Source: Lama glama
Taxonomy: Eukaryota
NCBI GenBank assembly: GCA_028534125.1
Contig: CM052817.1
Span: forward strand, 40,860,001-40,924,000
Length of the DNA stretch: 64,000 nt
Direction of reading: 5' to 3'
Shown here one piece after another: positions 1-13,096 of the stretch (position 1 is the stretch's first letter; each line of letters starts with the position of its first letter). The notes beneath the pieces were generated by a model. That model saw nothing but the letters and a program-made list of their open reading frames with translations, was not told the DNA's origin and did no database searches. Position numbers and translations under genes: made by a program.

Positions 1-279
1 CCCCTTCCTCAACCCTCTTGGTGTTCCCACCCCTGTCCCTTAAGCTCATTCACTCTCTTGCAGATGAGGCCACTCCTGCTTGGCTTGTACCTGCCTTTCT
101 TAAGTGGTGGGGTGGCTCCAGGCAAAGCCATTCTTCACAGTCTTCCTGAAATTCGCTCCTCAGTGCCTGAGATGTAACAAGGGCTTAATAGATACTTACT
201 CAATGGATAAGCGTAGTCTAGCCAGTCCTGAAGCATGTTTATCTATGTTGTAAACCTTAGATTAGAAAAACCCATTTTC

Positions 280-531
280 TTTTTTTTAATTGAAGTATAA
301 TTGATTTACAAAATTGTGTTACTTTCTGATGTACAGCATAGTGATTCCGTTACACACATATATATTCCTTTTCATATTCTTTTTCCTTATAGGCCATTAC
401 GAGGTACTGAATATAGTCCCCTGTGGTATACAGTAGGACCTTGTTGTTCATCTATTTTATATATAATCATTAATATCTACAGATCCCAAACTCCCACTTT
501 ATTCTTTCCTATTATCTACGCTCCCCTCCTT
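280..531 (-). mobile_element. 5'-truncated L1 3'UTR fragment (cetartiodactyl-type)
   Basis: Poly-T followed by typical antisense L1 3' end (aattgaagtataattgatttacaa...tgtacagcatagtgattc). Degenerate TSD gaaaaacccattttcttt (~265) / gaaagcccattttcttt (~532). Confidence 0.85.
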
Positions 532-3338
532 GAAAGCCCATTTTCTTTAATACCTCCCATATCATTCTCTTCCCAAGTTTCAGTCCTCAGGACAGGTGAA
601 AACACCACCTTTGCTTCCAAATTCTTCAGTCGCCCAGGAACGGAGCCATCCTTTTTGATAAGCCAAAAACACAGCAAGCGTTACTTCAAGCCTGCCTGCC
701 CTCCACCTATTCCTCAGAGAAGTATGCATCGAACACGTACAGAATGCCCTCAATCGCTAGCTAAAATGTACTGAGTGTGAGCCGTTCACACACTGCAGAG
801 CCCTCCTATGACCTCTAGAGGCTGTGGCATAGATTTTACAGCAATGGCATGGTGCTGTTACTCGGGCTGCTGCTGGCATGAGGGAGGTCTTTGTGCAAAG
901 CAGGAAAAGGGGCCCCTCTGGTGGCTCACAGAAAACCTCTCCCATCCCCAATCTTCTGGCAGCCCCATTGCCTTCCCCAACAGACGCCTTTGTGGGCTCA
1001 ACTCTCAGACAAGCCAGTAAGTCAGATGACTGATAATAGAAAAACTCCTGGAAACATTTGTTGGTTAAAGGATGAAGTTATTACAAAAACAGACCAAATG
1101 CTCATAATTACTTTAAGGGAAACGAGCCACATGAATTTGTTTAAATTTGGCCAGACCCTCAAACCCAGTCCACTTTGCTCAGACATGTGCACTTTTACAT
1201 CGAAAAATCTAACAAAGCCCTGAAGGGTGAGGAAGGCTTGTAATCTGAAAGTGGACCTGCTGTGGTTCCCAGTGCTGTTGAGTCTGCTGACTACAGAACC
1301 ACGAGCTTTGCCTGTTCAGTTAAGCGCCGCTGCAGGGACAAGAGGTGGAGGAACCAACCCAGTAAGTTGTCTGCTGCTTGATGGTCCCAAGTCTCCAGCC
1401 CAGATATTTGTCTAGTGCGGAAAAGCTGAGCTCATAAGGAAGTGGGGAGTGCCGGGAAAAGCTTTAGCACATCCCTCGTAGGGAGGCCAAACGTGAGATC
1501 AGTCACTGCTTCCAGCCACTGCGGCAACTGCAGAGAATGAGATGTTAATTTATGCATATTGCCATCAGCAGCCTGGGAAGTGAGTTCTGTAATCTGTCTG
1601 ATTCTCAGGCCCACATAGCTGCCGCTCTGTAACCTCTGGGCTCCAGTCAGGAGCAGAGCCTTCCACTGCAGTGGCCACCACTGGGATCAGCAGACCTGAC
1701 CCTACTTCCTAACTTCCTTTTCCATCCCCACGCTCTCCCACGAGTTCTTCCTTGCGTCCCCTGTACAACTCTGAGATGCCCTGGTAGTAGGACAATAAGG
1801 AAAACTTTGCATCCACTTAGAACAATTGGTGACTGGCTGGAAATGGTTTTCTTCAGCCCACGGGGAAACAATGATGTGTGCGAGAATGAAATAGGTTTAT
1901 TTCATGTGGTTTTAAGAGGCCATTTGGAACCACAGAAAAATAGCACCCAGCTTTGCAGTACTGGAAAGTTGAACTTGCAGGTTGTTTATGATTTTCCCCC
2001 CTAGAAAAGCCTATAATTTGGCTTTTTGGGGGGAGGGGGATGGAGAAGAGGTAATGAAATTATCAGCATGAAAACCAGAATTCACCCCCTAGCAGTATGA
2101 ATAATTGGAAGTTCCTAAATGGAAATTGGCAAGGTTACAGATGACATAACATTTGTTGATGTAAAATGGGATGTCCCCAGAGGCATAGATAGCTTTAATT
2201 GTTCCTATCTGAGAGCTCTTATGAACCCAGGAATAAGCTGTATTTTGTAGTATCTTTGTGGCAGGTGCCCTGGATAGCAACAAAGATATGTTTAATAAAG
2301 AAAACTTTAGACGGAGCCAGAAGACTCACAGGGCAGTGCTTTGCGCTGCATTGTAAGCATCATATGCCAAAGCTAATTTCCATTTGCTTTTTGTTTGAGT
2401 TCTATCACATGTAGGGCGTCCTGTAGGGTTTAGCCATGTGCTTGACCTTGATGAAGTTCTCTGTTCATTTCCTGATTCATTTCCTCATCTCTGCAAGTGT
2501 TTCTTACTCAGTGGTGCTGGAAGGAAAGGAGACATGATTGGAGTTTTAGAGAGGCACGTGGGAGGTGTGCTTGGTTGGGTGTGAGGAGAGGTCAGACCGA
2601 GCAGACTGAGTGAGAGACTCCTTCTGGTGAACCTCTTATGCTGATGGCTCCGGTCACCCTCCAAGAGCTTGGGAAAATGTTACAGCTTTGGGTCATGGAG
2701 GAGAGGTCTGTGCCATTATTTCTGAGGCTGGTTGATTCTTGATGTCGACTTGCCATGGTTCACTGGTTATTCACAGAATCACAGACGAAGAAACCCCACC
2801 TCAAGGGGTGATCTCTGCAGTGTGTTCAAACTCATATTCACTAATTTCTGAGCCTCCTGCAGACCCCGTCTCAGCAGAAACCCTCTTTGAGCCCACTGTG
2901 TCCATTCTAATGGTCACTCATCTTCAGAGGAAAGAGTTTTACATGCTGCTCTGGTACAGCAAGTGCAAACATGCCCAGACCTTGGGACATGCGTCCTCCT
3001 CCCTTGGCTCCATCCTGAGCACAGGCCCCACCGAGGATGAGTCCAGCTCCGAGGCCCAGACACCTCCCTGATCACTTTTTACCCACTCTCTTTGAGCTGC
3101 TCTAAATCTCACATACTGGCTCTTTGATCTTACCGAGAGGGCTACGCTCTGGACTTGCCTCCGGGGCTTGTCAGCGGCCTGATCTCCACTGCTTGCTCTA
3201 ACCAGGCCACACTTCATGGCTCTCCCTTCATTCAACACAGTTCTAGATGCAGGCAAAGAAACCTCTGTCCTCATGGAGCTTACATTCTAGTTGGGAGAGA
3301 GAATTAAAAAAAAAAAAAGTAAAAAAAGAAAATAAACA

Positions 3339-3366
3339 ACACACACACACACACACACACACACAC
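3339..3366. repeat. (AC)14 microsatellite
   Basis: Directly visible, following an A-rich tract. Confidence 0.95.
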
Positions 3367-3894
3367 GACTATATATGAGGGTAGCGGGGGCGTGTCAGAC
3401 CTGTGGCACTGAGCTGCCCCTCTTCCCATGCTGAAGGACTCTACTAAGTACCAACCACCTTCTTTCTGGGGAGCCACAGAATGAGCCTTCCTCATCCTTC
3501 TTGGAGTTCCGTTACTAGCTCCTATAGAAACTGGGTAAAGGGAGCAATTTTGCTGAAGATGGAGAGCTGCTGTAGTCACGACTCAGGAATAGACCCAGTG
3601 TGGTAACCTGAAAACACGCGCCTTTGCCTTCATCCAAGTCTGTGTATTTGATTTGGGTTCATAGACCGAGTTAATTGTGGCACTGAAAGATTGGGCTCAT
3701 CAATGCTCACGTCCAAAAGAAATGGATGTACCTATACAAAAATAATAATAATAATTTCTCCATTGAAACAAAATGTTCGTGTCAACACAGTCTCATTTCA
3801 GCCTCACGAGCGTCTAAGAGGAAGGCAGAGCAGAGAGCACCTTCCACGCGACCGTGTCACACCGGTGAAGTCTAGGCCTACACTATGCTTCCAT

Positions 3895-4180
3895 GAGCAA
3901 GTTTCTTAAATTCACAAAGTCTGTTTCTTCTCTAAAATGGGAATAGAGATACTTACTTTTCAGAATTCTGGTGAGGTTTTCATGAAGAAAAACGTAGGTA
4001 AGGTGCCTGCCTAGATCGTGCCTGGCACGTCATAGGGGGGCTGGATGACAGCTGTTGTTGTCATTATTACTATTTACAACTGAGGAAACTGAGGCTCTCA
4101 GAGGAAGACCCCGGCCCAAGGCTGTTAATGGTGGGCTGAGAATGCAGATTCAGAGGCTGTCATTTTCCCACTATAGCACC
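3895..4180. mobile_element. Two adjacent MIR fragments in opposite orientations
   Basis: MIR core (taaaatgggaatag...gtgcctggcacg), then an antisense core (tttacaactgaggaaactgaggc). Confidence 0.65.
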
Positions 4181-5204
4181 AGTGTCCGGAGTCTGTCATG
4201 TGGTTGGTAGGAATCTCTGTGCGGTATCCACATTAAATTTCGGGCAAATTGTCTTTTATGCTTGCGAATAATTAGTGCGGGTTATCTTGTCATGCGATGC
4301 TCATTTCAGAGGGAATGACACCTGTAGTCAGAGACACTGGCTTTTTAGGATCTAGATGGTCTCTTTAGGTCCTGAAGCATCATCGGGGACTTGGGTGAAG
4401 AAAGCACTAGGCTAGGGGAAGAAAGAGACGGCGAAGAAGGTGGCCCCAGGCCTTTCCTGTTCACTGGGGAGCTTCATTTGCCTGCTCCCAGACCCTCTTT
4501 TTTCTAAGGAATAGGATCTGCCCTCTGAGGTGTGTAAATGAACTGATTCCCTAAGTGTGAATGATTGAGACCTTATTCCCTTGGGCTCCTCCCTGAAAAA
4601 AAATATCGGGGTAGACATACTGCTTGACCAAAATTGGCATGAAGTGTTTAAAAACAACTCCACCCACCAGATTTTATCTGTGTTCAGACAAGACTGTTCT
4701 CTGCAATACAGCACAAATGGGCGTTAAAAAAAAGGCTGAATGTCCCAAGTTTCAAATAATCAGTCCCGTTTTATAGGGCTTTATGATGATGAAGTGCCGT
4801 GGACAAATGCCGTCTCATTTGAACTGAGCACCAGTTTTGCCAAGTAGAAGGGCAGACGTTCTTCTGCTGGCTTTAGTGGTGGTGACTGAGACCATGGAGG
4901 GTGATCAAGGTGCAAACTCAAACCCCTGTTTCATCAGCCATGAAACAATAGGGAATGGGAGACAGTCGAAGACTGCCTGGCCCGAACGTGTTTACATCTA
5001 AAAATGAAGACAAACAAGCCCCGTGCTGGCCTATTAACACGTGTCTGTGGGGTCAGCGCGGCTCATCTCTTCTTTAGCATGTTATTGATAAGAACTTGTT
5101 GGTGGCAGAGCTGGCCCTAGATTCTAGGTCTCTGTCTCTGCATTCAGTGCTCTTTCTATAGATCCTTATCACCTCACATGTGTAGTCTCTTGGATTCTGT
5201 GAAT

Positions 5205-5460
5205 AATAACAATAGTACTACTTACTGAGCATTTTACAATTGCCAGGTCCTGCTCTCTCTCCAGTGCGTTTGCTCATTTATTTAAATATCATGACAACCC
5301 TATAAGGTTCTACCATATTGCACCCATATTGCAGATAAGGACAGTGAAACCCCAGGAGGGGAAGGGAGCTGTCCATCACCTTCACGCGGCTCAGAGACAG
5401 AGGAGCCAGAGTGTATGGTGTATGCTTTTAGCCGCTGTGTGGTATTAGAGCACTAACCCA
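5205..5460 (-). mobile_element. MIR
   Basis: acttactgagcatt...cccatattgcagataagga resembles antisense MIR. Confidence 0.65.
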
Positions 5461-5819
5461 TTCTCTGAAAACTGAAAAGCAAACAAAACCTTTGTTAACC
5501 TGAGGCACAAGTACAATGTCTTCTTAAAGTATGCTGTTTTTGAGAAATCTCTTTATGATCTAAAGGCAAAATAAAGACTGAGCATCACTCTCAGGGCTCT
5601 GGCTGGCTTTCCAAGCCTTGGCCAGGATGGCATCTGGAAGTCAGGACCGTCTGGTAGTAGGAGAAGCCTTGAGGCAGCAGGAACAGAATGGGGAGAGCTA
5701 GCCCGGGGAGGTGCATGCTTCTGTTTGGTAGGAAATATGACGGGAGGTATAATTGATGTATGTCCTCAAAGTAATTTGCGTATGTTCTCATATCTTTCTC
5801 CTCTCAATCAAAAATTCCA

Positions 5820-5937
5820 TTTATTTAATTATATTTATTTATTTATATTCCATTTATATATATATGGAGGTACTGGGGATGAACCCAGGACCTTGTGCCT
5901 GCTAAGCATGTGCTACCGCTGAGCTATACCCACCCCC
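5820..5937 (-). mobile_element. tRNA-Ala-derived SINE, camelid vic-1-like
   Basis: Reverse strand reads GGGGGTGGGTATAGCTCAGCGGTAG...GGTCCTGGGTTCATCCCCAGTACCTCC (Pol III A/B-box-like motifs) followed by an AT-rich tail. Confidence 0.85.
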
Positions 5938-5974
5938 TCTTCCACTTTGCTTTTTAAATAAATTTTAAAAAATG

Positions 5975-6165
5975 GTTCCACCACTTATTTGCTGTAATTA
6001 GGGATGTGGCCTAACCTCCCTGTGCCCGTTTCCCCCCTCCATAATGATGTACTTACATCAGGAGTAATCTGAGGAATAAATGAGTGTATGCAAAGCTCTT
6101 AGCGTAGTTTCCTGGCATATCCATTATAAATGCTCAGTAAGTGTTAACTGTCATCATCATTATTC
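5975..6165 (+). mobile_element. MIR
   Basis: ccacttatttgctgt...taacctccctgtgccc...tgaggaataaatgag...aatgctcagtaagtgttaac. Confidence 0.7.
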
Positions 6166-6379
6166 TTTTAAAGAGTGAAGGTAAACTCTTATGACTGGTA
6201 TATTTCAACAGGAGCCAAGTTGGAAACACGTAAGTGATCACTCAGGTTAGAGACTTATTTCATCCCAATGAAAAAATGTAAACAAAACATTTATTGAGCC
6301 TCCCTGCACATCAGGCCCACTGCTGGGAGTTTACGTGCCACTTACTGACTTGATCCTAGCTAGTGTCAAGCCCTTGAGA

Positions 6380-6540
6380 TAGCTAATGCAGAAACAAATA
6401 TTATTCCCATCTGATGCATGTGGAAACCAAGGCCCAGAGGGAGTAAGTGGTTCTCAAAGTCATCCAGCTAATAAAGGGCAAAGCAGGACTAAAGTCCAGG
6501 TTTCCTGACTTAAAGCCCAGTGCTTTCTCCACAGTACCAC
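6380..6540 (-). mobile_element. MIR fragment
   Basis: ggaaaccaaggcccagagggagtaagtgg...cctgacttaaagcccagtgctttctccac. Confidence 0.65.
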
Positions 6541-7454
6541 CCGGCCGCTCTGCCCAGACCTGCTTTTGTCCATCTCTGCTGGTTACCGTGCTTCCCCCAA
6601 GTCCTAGCTTGGCACAGAGGCAGCCTCGGTCCCTCTGCTTGCAGTCTCCAGGATCTGCTTTCACTCTCCTTGCTTTACAAAGATTTTTAATGCTTAAAAA
6701 GTTTTTTTTTCCTTTTACATGGAAAATTTCTTCTCTTTCAGTTTCCTAAATCTATAAATTCAATGTCCTATATCCTATATCTCATTAAAGAATCAGATGA
6801 TGGCTATACTGAGTAATCTTCCGGGTTTATGCTGAACAACTTGAAAATGGCCGTATTAAGATGAAGATCAATTCGAGCTGGTGGCTGTACCATCTATGAG
6901 AAAGGCTCAGAGTACCACAGAGCCTATGTGTGTGTTTTGAGTCATGAATGAAAATTTGCCAAGTTGTGCAGTTGATTGTAGCAAAAGATGGGAAAATGTT
7001 CCTCTATAAAGCGAAAATTTAGCTTTGCAAAACTTAAGTTTTGTTTGACTTTTGGTTTTAATTTCATTCTTGTCTTTCCTTTTCTCTGGGCACTTCTCCA
7101 TCCACTGTGATTCCCAGTGTCTCAGTCTCTCTGACAGTCCACATGAACGAATCCTGCAGAGCCCTGAACAGGTCCAGCCACAGTCAAGGCTCGGCGCACT
7201 AGGCTGGTGCTGTGTGCTGCATGGTTACGCGGGCTGCAGAAATGCAGCAGCTTGAAGGGGTCACCATGTTAGTTAGGTCCTGGGTGGGGTGGGGCTAATC
7301 CCCTCAAATCCCTTTACCATTGGCTGATGTCAGAGAATTACTTAGTAATCTGGACAGTTTCTAGTCTGTTCCCGTGGGGAGAAAATGCTAAGGATCAGAT
7401 ACACAAGGGAGTCATTTGTATATTCATCCATTCATCACAGTTTTTGGGGCCGCC

Positions 7455-7565
7455 TAAGTGTTTCTCTCTAGAATGTAAGCTCCCAGTACTTGGCATGGTG
7501 CCTTACATGATAATTTTGTCTTGATTCAATGAATGCATGCATGAATGAATGAATGAGTGAGTGAG
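7455..7565 (+). mobile_element. L2 3' end
   Basis: ctagaatgtaagctcc...tgaatgaatgaatgagt tail. Confidence 0.6.
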
Positions 7566-7864
7566 TAGAGAGAAAACACTGCTATGGGAGCATGTTAAGA
7601 GGGAGAGTTAATTCCTCAGAAAGACTCCAGGAGGAAGAGAAATATAAGAGGAAACTTGAAGGACCAGTAGGCATTAGTCATGAAGTAAAGAAATGCTTGT
7701 TTGAGGATCTGTATTGTCCAGAGTCCTCATCATAAGAGAGGATAGTAAGTGGCAAAGAGGGGCACAGCCAGCTGCAGAGAGACCCTCCAGAATGAGAGAT
7801 GCTGGCAACACAAGAATAGGGCTGGATATGCGGGAAGGGGTAGCTAGATCAATTTTTTATTTGT

Positions 7865-8090
7865 TTATTCAACAAACATTTATTTGCACTTAATATGAGT
7901 TGGGCACTCTTCTCTGTGCTTTATAAATTCATCCTCATAACAAAATTATTATTCCCATTTTACAGATGGGAAACCAAGGCACAAAGAAGTTATATATCTT
8001 ACCCAAGGTCACATAGAAAGTGGCAGGTAGAGCCAGGCTCCAAACCCAAACAGCCCAGCTGCAGGGCCCAGTGTCTTAATCCCATTGCTG
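7865..8090 (-). mobile_element. MIR
   Basis: cccattttacagatgggaaaccaaggcacaaag...cccaaggtcacatag. Confidence 0.75.
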
Positions 8091-8506
8091 TGCTCACGCT
8101 TGCGGATGAGCGAAACAGACGACCAGAGATTTGGTCTTTCAAGGCAGCAAGGGCACGGTTACATCTGGACTCCTCGAGGCTATCCGAGGGCATGGAGGGG
8201 TCCTCTACCAAAATGGATGGACGGTGCAGTTGCCTCTTCCTGTTGCATTTAAAGAGGAAAAGTTCTTAACATTTTCTGATTTTGCTGTTGTTTGTGTGAA
8301 GAGGAGGACTAAGTAGAGAGAGGAGACTGGCTATACAGATAGGGGAAGTTCAAGCTCAGCGTTTTGGGTGTTCAGCCAGACTGTTCATTCCCAGAAAGTA
8401 ATCCCTGCCAAAGCTTGCTCCTGTGTGCCCAGATCTGCTTATTACTAAGTCTGCACTGGCACTTTTGCTCTCCATTGCTTCAGGCCCAGACAGAATCTCC
8501 AAATGA

Positions 8507-8724
8507 TTTTTTTTTATTGTATTGTGGTGAGAACACTTGATGAGATCTACCCCTCTTGACACATTTTTAAGTGTACAGTACAGTGTCCTTAACTACAGGT
8601 ACAAAGTTGCACGCTATACAGCAAGCATATGGCTAAAACCTACTCGTCTTGCAGGAGTGAAACTTTGTATCTGCTGAACAGCAGCTCCCCAGTTCTCACT
8701 CCCCCAGCCCCTGGCAACCGCTAC
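8507..8724 (-). mobile_element. L1 3'UTR fragment (L1MA/L1MB-type)
   Basis: Antisense L1 end (gtggtgagaacactt...cccccagcccctggcaacc). TSD ccaaatgatttt (8499) / ccaaataatttt (8725). Confidence 0.8.
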
Positions 8725-10289
8725 CCAAATAATTTTAAAGTGTCTGAAATGGTGGTGAGCAGAGAGTCTGGTGCAGAGATAATTTGAATTTTCCCTCCCC
8801 ATATTCCCTAGACAAGTGCTTGGTGGACATATTTGCAAAGTTTTATCAGACATAGTTGTAATTATGACCCCCAAATAAAGAGTTTGCCTATTTCTGACAT
8901 TTCTGGAAAGATATTAAAACAATTTCTATGTTTAGAGTAAAAAAATGACCAATTTCTCTTACACATGTTTCCACACGGAGCTCTTCTGGGGTACTGTGTT
9001 TGCCAGTGAATATAATACTTATGGTGGGGTCAGGAGAAATTGCATGAAACGCGAATATGGGTAGGATTCATGGTTATGAGTCTGTGGAAGGAATGCTGGT
9101 GACTCGGATTTGCGAGGCTGGATCAACAGAAATGACTCTTGGTGAAAACAGCAGGTAGCTATTGTTTCCAATAGATTTTGTTTCTAACCTGTATTTAGTG
9201 AGTACTGTCTATTGGCTTCTGGATCCAGGAGCTCAAGCTCATTTTTCTCTCCCTAAAAGCACTGTCGTTTCCAGAGGGCAGAGCGTGTTAGAAACCTGTT
9301 CCGGGGGCTGCTTTGTCAGGAGCGGGAGATATAGTAAGAGTCTGTCGGGAACAAACAAAGACATCCTTGACAATGGCGATTTATCTTGCTACCTGCAACA
9401 TGCCCTTTGGTTTGATAGCTGCCTGGGCTGGCTGGGATTATTTATCTTGCGCACACACGGATATATGGAAGTGTGCTCCTGGCAGGCTTCCTTCCTTTCT
9501 TCCTTCCCCGCCTGGCCAGTCTCCTCCGTTCACTCTTCCATATCAGAGGGCTGTCAGCCAGCGTTGTCCTGGGGAATTAGAGGGGAGGGCAAGTGCCTAG
9601 AAATATCTTAGGAGAAATGATCATCTTTGCAAGCAGGACTTGATCTAGTTTCTTTTTTCCTGTCAGTCCAGCCTTGGGAAATCAGAGATGCCCAGGGGAG
9701 TGTCTGGCAGGTGTAAGGAGTGGAGAGCTGTGCGCCCCTACAGCAGGGAGCTCCTTTCAGCAGACCCTCCCTCTCCTTCTGCCTGCTCAGAGAATGGCTT
9801 CTTCCCTGCTTCCTTGTGCTGCTAGGGCTTATTCCAGGTGATGCTAACGGTTGCAGGAGAACCTCTGACAGCCACTCGCCTCCATTTGTGCCTTGGAAAA
9901 GGCTACCTCCTCTGTTAAGAATCTTGCCTCCCCCTCCCCTGGCTTCCCCGGGCTAACTCCTGCTGGATGCTACGCATTCAGCTCAGGCATGACCTTTTCT
10001 CAGCATCCCTTGCCCGGTTTCCCATCTCAGATTGTGCAGAGTTTTTTCAGGACAATGGAAAGCTGGAGAAAGTTATTGTTCAGGGTCCCTGAGCATTTTT
10101 CCCCACTCCCAAAACAGATATGCAGCACAGACACACACACGCACGCACACGCACTCACAATTTTGCACTGTGCCCTCCAATGAGAGTGGGGTCATAGCCT
10201 TGCTGGTTCAGTCTACAAATCGTGAGCCTAGTGTCTGTAAATGTTATCAGAATGGCAGGAAATGGAAATTGTTTTCAAAAGACTTTAGC

Positions 10290-10520
10290 TGAGCAGAATT
10301 TAATGAGGGGAGCTTTCAGCAGTGTGGGTGAGTTGAGGAACCAGCAAGGGTTAAAATCTCAGGGACTGGTAATGGGAGGAAGGGACAAGGCTCAGGAATA
10401 AAGCTACTGGGGCCTTGGGAGAGATGGAGCCATGAAAGAGGGCTGACTGTTGGGAGCGATGGCTGCAGAGGAGTTAAGTCTCTACTGGAAGCCTAGTGAG
10501 GCAGGGAGGGAGTGGGGTTT
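10290..10520 (-). mobile_element. Decayed ERVL-type LTR fragment
   Basis: aatttaatgagggga...gaggaaccagcaaggg resembles the old ERVL LTRs seen elsewhere in this window. Confidence 0.4.
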
Positions 10521-10704
10521 CATACATTGCCAAACCAGGGGAGGGGAGGGGGGAAAGAAAGCCTTCAGGTGAGTCCATGCAGGTCACACTTCTGGGGCAC
10601 AGGGCAAGGCAGAGGAGCATGGAGAGTGAGGGCCATGTGGGGCAAGGATGCAGGGGAGGTGGTGGGGCGGGTGGAGTAAACGGAAAATAGCCACCATATG
10701 AACA

Positions 10705-11218
10705 TACTGTTTCTCCTATGAACCCCTTTGGCAATCTGGAAAGCTAGCAGATGCTTTTTCAAAATAATGTTTCTAAATGCAAAAAACAGAATGTATAGAA
10801 TTACAGAGGAAACCAGTTATATTGAAATACAGTTATCAAAAGACTAAAGATACAAAACTGTGATGTAGTAATATATATATATGCTTGTTTATTAACACAT
10901 GGACTACAATACCCAGTGGCAGAACCAGCAATCACCAAACTTTCTAAGTAATGAATAAGGGTAAGTGATATTTCAAGACATCTGCAACAGCTGAAATGAA
11001 TATGAAAGCACTTGGTGTTTTTTTGGTGATAAAGTCTTAGATGATTTAATACTACTGTGTTTTGTTGCTTATTTTCATAGTTGAGGAAAATGCTAAATTT
11101 CAGTTGAGTAGAGTTTAGTGATGTAGACTGATACACAGTTTTCTTCCATCTAAGTTCACGGAGCCCTGAATTCCAAGGGCTCCTTGGGGGTCTGAAGGCT
11201 CCAGGTTGAGAACACTTG
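10705..11218 (+). mobile_element. hAT-Charlie non-autonomous DNA transposon, MER119-like
   Basis: cccctttggcaatctgg...ggaaaccagttatattgaaatacagttatcaaaa; terminal ccaggttgagaacacttg. Confidence 0.75.
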
Positions 11219-11474
11219 CCTTAACTGCAAGCACAGGGATGCTGAGATGCTGAGTTCCAGTGAAGTGGTGATGGAAGCCTGAGTGTGAGGGACAGCAGTG
11301 TGGCCAGAACCCAGCCTCTTAACAGTAGCAGGATCCTTTCTGGGCAGTGTCCTAGGGCCCCGGGAAAACCCATGCTAAGAAATGATGCATCTGCTCAAGT
11401 CTCGGGTCGCCTTCTGCTTCTGTTATGTACTGTACCTCGGCTCTGCTAGATGTAACGTCATGAGGACATACAAT

Positions 11475-12305
11475 TTTGAAAACTTGTTACTGAAGTATTA
11501 CATTTATAAATGTAACTTTCACCCAGCGTATGGCTTAGTAGATTTTCATGAACCGAGCACACTGGTGTGAGCAGAACCTGGATGTTACCAGCATTCCAGA
11601 AGCTCCTTCAGGTCACCTTCCTGACACCCCATCTCCCCTAAGGGTGGCTACTACTCTGATTTCTAGTAATAGAGAACAGTTTAGCCTGGTTTTGTTCTTC
11701 TTATAGACAGAATAATGCACTGTATCCTTTGTTGTGTCTGGCTTCTCGAGTTCACACGTATGATGCTGGGATTGTGCATGTCTACGACCACCTGCATCGT
11801 TCCCCGCAGTTGTGGACTGTTCGGTCTCTGTGCTATGTAGCATCCCATTGTGTGACTACACCATACTGTGTCCATTCTGCTGTTAATGAGGCTCTGGGTA
11901 GTTTTGAGTTTTGGGCTATTTTGATGAATACTTGTTAAAAATATTCTAGTAGGTGCCTTTTGGTGAACATACTGAAATATTTCTCTTGAGTATATCCTTT
12001 GGAATGGAATGGCAAGTCTTGTGTCTGAGTGTGTTTAGCTTCAGCAGATGTTTTCAGTTCTCCAATGTGATTGTGCTGACTTAGGCTTCTACTGGTTCCA
12101 GTGGCTCCAAGCCCTCCCCAGTATGTGGCATTCCCTGTCTTTTCATGTTAGTCATTCTGGTGGTTTGATAGCTCTTTGTGGTTTAATTGGCCTTTTCCTG
12201 GTGACTGAAAAAAGATCACCTTTTACCCAGGTATTGACTATGTGGATATCCTGTTTGATGAAGTGTCTGTCTAAGTCTTTTGTCCATTTTTCTGATGTAT
12301 GTCTT
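11475..12305 (-). mobile_element. Old L1 (L1MC/ME-type) 3' region
   Basis: Diverged antisense L1 3'UTR/ORF2-end motifs (ttttgggctattttgatgaata; tgaagtgtctgtctaagtcttttgtccatttt). Confidence 0.75.
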
Positions 12306-12309
12306 TAGA

Positions 12310-12485
12310 CATCTTGAGCAAATTATTCAATCATTCTCAGTTTCCTCATTGTTAAATTAGGACATTAATAGAGCCAACTCATAGGGTTATCATGGTGCTT
12401 AAGAGAGAAAGGCATATGAAATGGTTAGCCTCGTACCTAGCCCCTGGCCCACAGTAAGTGCTTAATAATTTGTAACAATTATTGT
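12310..12485 (+). mobile_element. MIR
   Basis: ctcagtttcctcattgttaaattagg...ctcatagggtt...cacagtaagtgcttaataa. Confidence 0.7.
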
Positions 12486-13096
12486 TAGTTAATCACTAAT
12501 GCAGTGCATGTTATGGATACTCCATCTGTTGCATAACCAAAATTTAAAAATATCACTGTGATAGCATTGTGACTGGCATCTGCTAATCTTGGCTACAGCT
12601 GGGTGGGAAGCTCAGTGGTTTGAGGATGGGATGAAGGAGACATATTTTTTAATCTCTTTTGTATCTTTTGAACTTTGTACTATATATTTCCTATTAAAAC
12701 ACGTGAAACTGAAGTCCAAAAAGGGGAACTATAATCTGGAGTTCAGCTGAGTCACGAGCTATATTATCTGTGCTGCCACGTACACCCAGGTTGTGCATGG
12801 AGAACCAGCATGTTTAAGGGTGGTGCAGGGGAAACCTTTAGAAGAAACAGGTTTATTCAGGAAGCTGTGATGTCCATGTGTTATGTAAAAGTTATAATAA
12901 GGGAAGGAGACGTAAATTATGGTGTATGATTAATGTTTGAGTGTTCCCAGACCTCAGTGAGATGGGCAACAAAAATATCAGAAGAAAGAAGTGGAATGTT
13001 CAGTGTGGCCGCTCAGGGTTCCAAGAGGCTTGAAAGGACATATTTTGACCCAGAGTCCTTGAGGGTGAAGGTACACATCTCCATGTCTCTTGGAGC

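Noticed and set aside
301..774. 157-aa ORF
   Set aside because: Starts at TTG within an antisense L1 3'UTR.
5866..5937. tRNA-Ala-like sequence as a true tRNA gene
   Set aside because: Degenerate stems, an AT-rich tail and a second related copy indicate a SINE.
10535..10680. G-runs as a possible G-quadruplex
   Set aside because: Marginal pattern, common in mammalian DNA, with no supporting context.
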